The translations under genes and the position numbers were made by a program. 64,000 nucleotides of DNA from positions 1-64,000 of the forward strand of contig CDMY01000620.1 of NCBI GenBank assembly GCA_001179505.1, in the 5' to 3' direction. Positions 61,233 through 64,000 of this stretch are shown here, in pieces. The stretch's first letter is position 1. Every line of letters starts with the position of its first letter. The notes under the pieces were generated by a model. That model did no database searches. It worked only from the letters and a program-made list of their open reading frames with translations, and was not told where the DNA came from. The stretch comes from Vitrella brassicaformis CCMP3155 (Eukaryota > Protista > Chromerida).

Positions 61233-63628
61233 CTAACGCGAACAGGCCGGTGGGAGCACAACTGCCGACTTGCCCAGCTCCTTGCCTTTACCATCAAGGG
61301 CGACAGCCTGGAAGTACTGACACTTTTTACCTCCCACCTCAACCCAGTGCTCGAATTGCTGCTTCTCGACTTCGGCAAACACGGCAGTCAGCTCGTCATC
61401 GCTCTCACCTGTAACAATCCGCCATACATGCGTTCGAGTGTCTCCATTCCAGCTAAAATGAAGGCGCAGTGCATTGGTAGGGTTGTTGTCATCCAGAAGG
61501 ACCGTCGGGGGCCACTTTGGTGCGCCGATCCAGGGAGCCTTGATTGAGCGATACGAGCCCAGTGAGGGGAATGCCCACTCCATTCGTATCAGCTCTTGAT
61601 TATCTTGCTCTGTCTCGACATAGAAAGGAGGGGCTTCATACATCATCGTGTGACCCGGAGGCCAGTGGTGGCCGAAACATATGATTTTGTTTCCATCGGG
61701 CAGCCGTCTGTAACTCCCCATCACTCGCGATTTGTATCCGGGTTCATATGAGGATACCAACCGAGCGACTCTGGGGCTGCCGTCGAGGTCGAACTCCAAC
61801 TCATAATCAACAGCACGAGCACCCGATTTCCAGCTGTGGTGAAAAACGTTGTTCCAGCTGTTGTCAAAAACAGTGACCACGTTGTCTCCGAACTGTCGGG
61901 CGTCGTGCTGTCCCATGAATTGGCCATTTGGATCGCCAAGAATCCTGACAACCAGACCAATTGCCAGGTTAGTTGAATCACAAATCATTCTCCTAATTTG
62001 ATGTAATGAATGGTTCGCGAATGACCTGAAGTCACCCCCATTGCCGCCGAGACGCCAGATGACCTTGCCCGTATCCCTACAACCCCATTTACATTTGCAC
62101 ACAGACGTCCACAGCACTCCATCACTTACCGCTCTATTTTGACGACTTGATTCAGATTTCTCCTGCAGAAAAATGAAAAGGCAGGAGATCGCAAAGTGCT
62201 CTAAGTACGAAAAGAACGGACATAGAAATGAGAATGGCGCCATCCTGCGTCTCGTCCAATGAGTTGCCGTGTGCAAGATCCCATATACGCCTGAAAGATT
62301 GCGTATTGAGCGTGCTTGCACACCATCAATCGCTCTACTCCTACCTCGAGCTCTCGGCAGCACGGACCCAATACTCCTGTCGAGCCGAGCTTAGACCTAC
62401 GGGACTGTCCCAATAAATGCGAGGCATGTGATCCCAAGCCCTCCATTCCATCAAGACCTCACCTACCGAAATTCGTGTACGTCCCATCATTGAAAGACTT
62501 AGCAATGTCTTTACCAGTTGCCAAAACTTCTTGTACGACAGGTCCAGCAATCCAAACCTGTTCGTTTGATGGGGCCTGCATATCGGGCCGGACCGACCTT
62601 GCGTTGAATGGGTGGCATTCGTAGACGATGACGAGTCCATTGCCACTCCTGGATAGCTGAAACTCATGATCACTCAGCTTTCCTCCGTGTGCCGCATCGA
62701 ATTCGAGTCTCTCCACGTAATCTGACCCCCCAGTAATTTGGGATTGTGTCTCAGTTCCTAGCATCAGCTGGTCGCTGTGTATCGGGGCGAAACGCGAAAA
62801 AAAACCCTTGCCGTAGAACACCGGGTCACCTAGAGAAGTAATTATCATGCGGAAGTTGGCGTCGTTCCCGGACGCTACATGTGAGGCAGTGAAAATGTAT
62901 CCAGGTGAGAGCTTGGTGAGGTTGCCAAGGGGTGTCACACGGATCCGTGGAAATGATCTCGGGAGCGTCCGGTAAGCACAGTTCGGAGCGTAGGTGGCAC
63001 CACTGGCCCAATCGTCTGCTTCGTTGCAGTCAAAAGCGTCTGATGGCGAGGGCCCATTTTGTGGGTCTTTGCCGTCTCTTGGACTTTTCTCCTTAGCGAC
63101 AAAATATGAACCGAGCTCTCGCCACGACATTGTGAAGCTCCACTCGGCAGCGGGGAAAGTCAATCCTTCAGCGGTCCTGATTCCCTTCTTCACCGTGACC
63201 CGCACAGACTCACCAGGCGTGAAGGCCTCATCTGGTGTGAAATACACTGTCCGGCTGTCGCTCAGTAGCCGCGTCTCTCCATCGTGGTCGCCAGACACAT
63301 TGCCCCGCACGCTTATCTTTCCTTGAATGCTTTCTCTGTCCACCTTGTCCTTCGGCCTGAAGGCAATGGTTGTCAGAGGGGACACGAGGATGGCTCCGGG
63401 GAGAGGATGGGCGTAAATGAACGGGGTGTCCTTGTTCAAAGTCTCCAGGCTAGAAGAAGGCTTGGGCGTATTCTTCTCATCTCTGAGCTTAGGTCTGGTA
63501 GGGTCCATACCCAACACGTTCAGCTGATGGAGGACCTGTTCCGTGTTGAATCGTGCCACCTCTTCATCGGTGGGTGACCCGGAAGAACGTGCGAAATAGA
63601 TGATGAGCAATATACGGTGAAAATACAT
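61233..63628 (-). CDS. Second secreted Big_5+arylsulfotransferase paralogue; 6 exons
   Basis: Signal MYFHRILLIIYFARSSG. Same Ig-like block and motifs SDHEFQLS, EVLMEWRAWDH, WDLAHGNSLD, VIWRLGG, GQHD, FDN, GSYRRLPDGN, SYR and FSWNGDT. Five GT-AG introns restore the frame. Confidence 0.88.
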
Positions 63629-64000
63629 AAGTGTTGATTGTGTTTGCTCATTATTCCGTTTGTTTCAGACACACGCATGTGTATGTGTGAGTGAGAGAGA
63701 GAGAGAGAGAGAGAGAGAAGGAATTGGACGTGCCCTCATGCACCGACATCCGCAGCACCGCCTGTCGAACCAGGGCTAGACCGAGGCGTCCCTTAGGGGT
63801 CACCCCAGGGCGCGCAGCCGCAACGATCAGCAAGAAGGGCACCACGCTGATGAGGCGTCGGTACATCTAGGGTGCAGAGTGAGGTGGCAGATTGCTTACA
63901 CCAAAGGACACAAGTGTCCTTTCTGTGACTGATGGTCTTTGTGCCGAGTTCTGCACCAAAAAGGTGGGCAGGCGGATACGTACAAACACTCGTGCAGACA

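Overview
This is a eukaryotic, intron-rich and transposon-dense window. It is probably from a chromerid or related alveolate such as Vitrella; this is inferred from short GT-AG introns with (GT)n tracts, GC-rich exons and PAN/Apple domains. It has six 300-N scaffold gaps and one 14-N gap. Recognisable host genes are: a secreted GH3 beta-glucosidase with N-terminal Cys-rich and PAN/Apple modules (~4.7-7.9 kb); a circularly permuted, Fibrobacter-type GH16 beta-glucanase with a C-terminal PAN-like module and one frameshift (~34.8-36.4 kb); and two convergent paralogous secreted Ig-like(Big_5)+arylsulfotransferase genes (52.1-54.7 kb and 61.2-63.6 kb). Several spliced ORFs have no assignable function. 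Mobile DNA includes: an Ngaro/PAT-type tyrosine-recombinase retrotransposon with complete A1...B1-A2-B2 split direct repeats, an apparently intron-containing ORF1 and a triplicated defective RT-YR core (19.5-28.0 kb); a chromoviral Ty3/Gypsy integrase remnant; a near-intact CRE-like RT+REL non-LTR element with one nonsense codon (55.3-59.1 kb); a second REL remnant; a LINE 3' fragment with a 7-bp TSD; a 3.0-kb foldback palindrome with a TSD whose empty site is also in the window; several CAC-ended TIR elements; and a tRNA-like pol III head. No rRNA, CRISPR array or prokaryotic operon is supported. All family assignments come from motif recognition by eye, not database searches.
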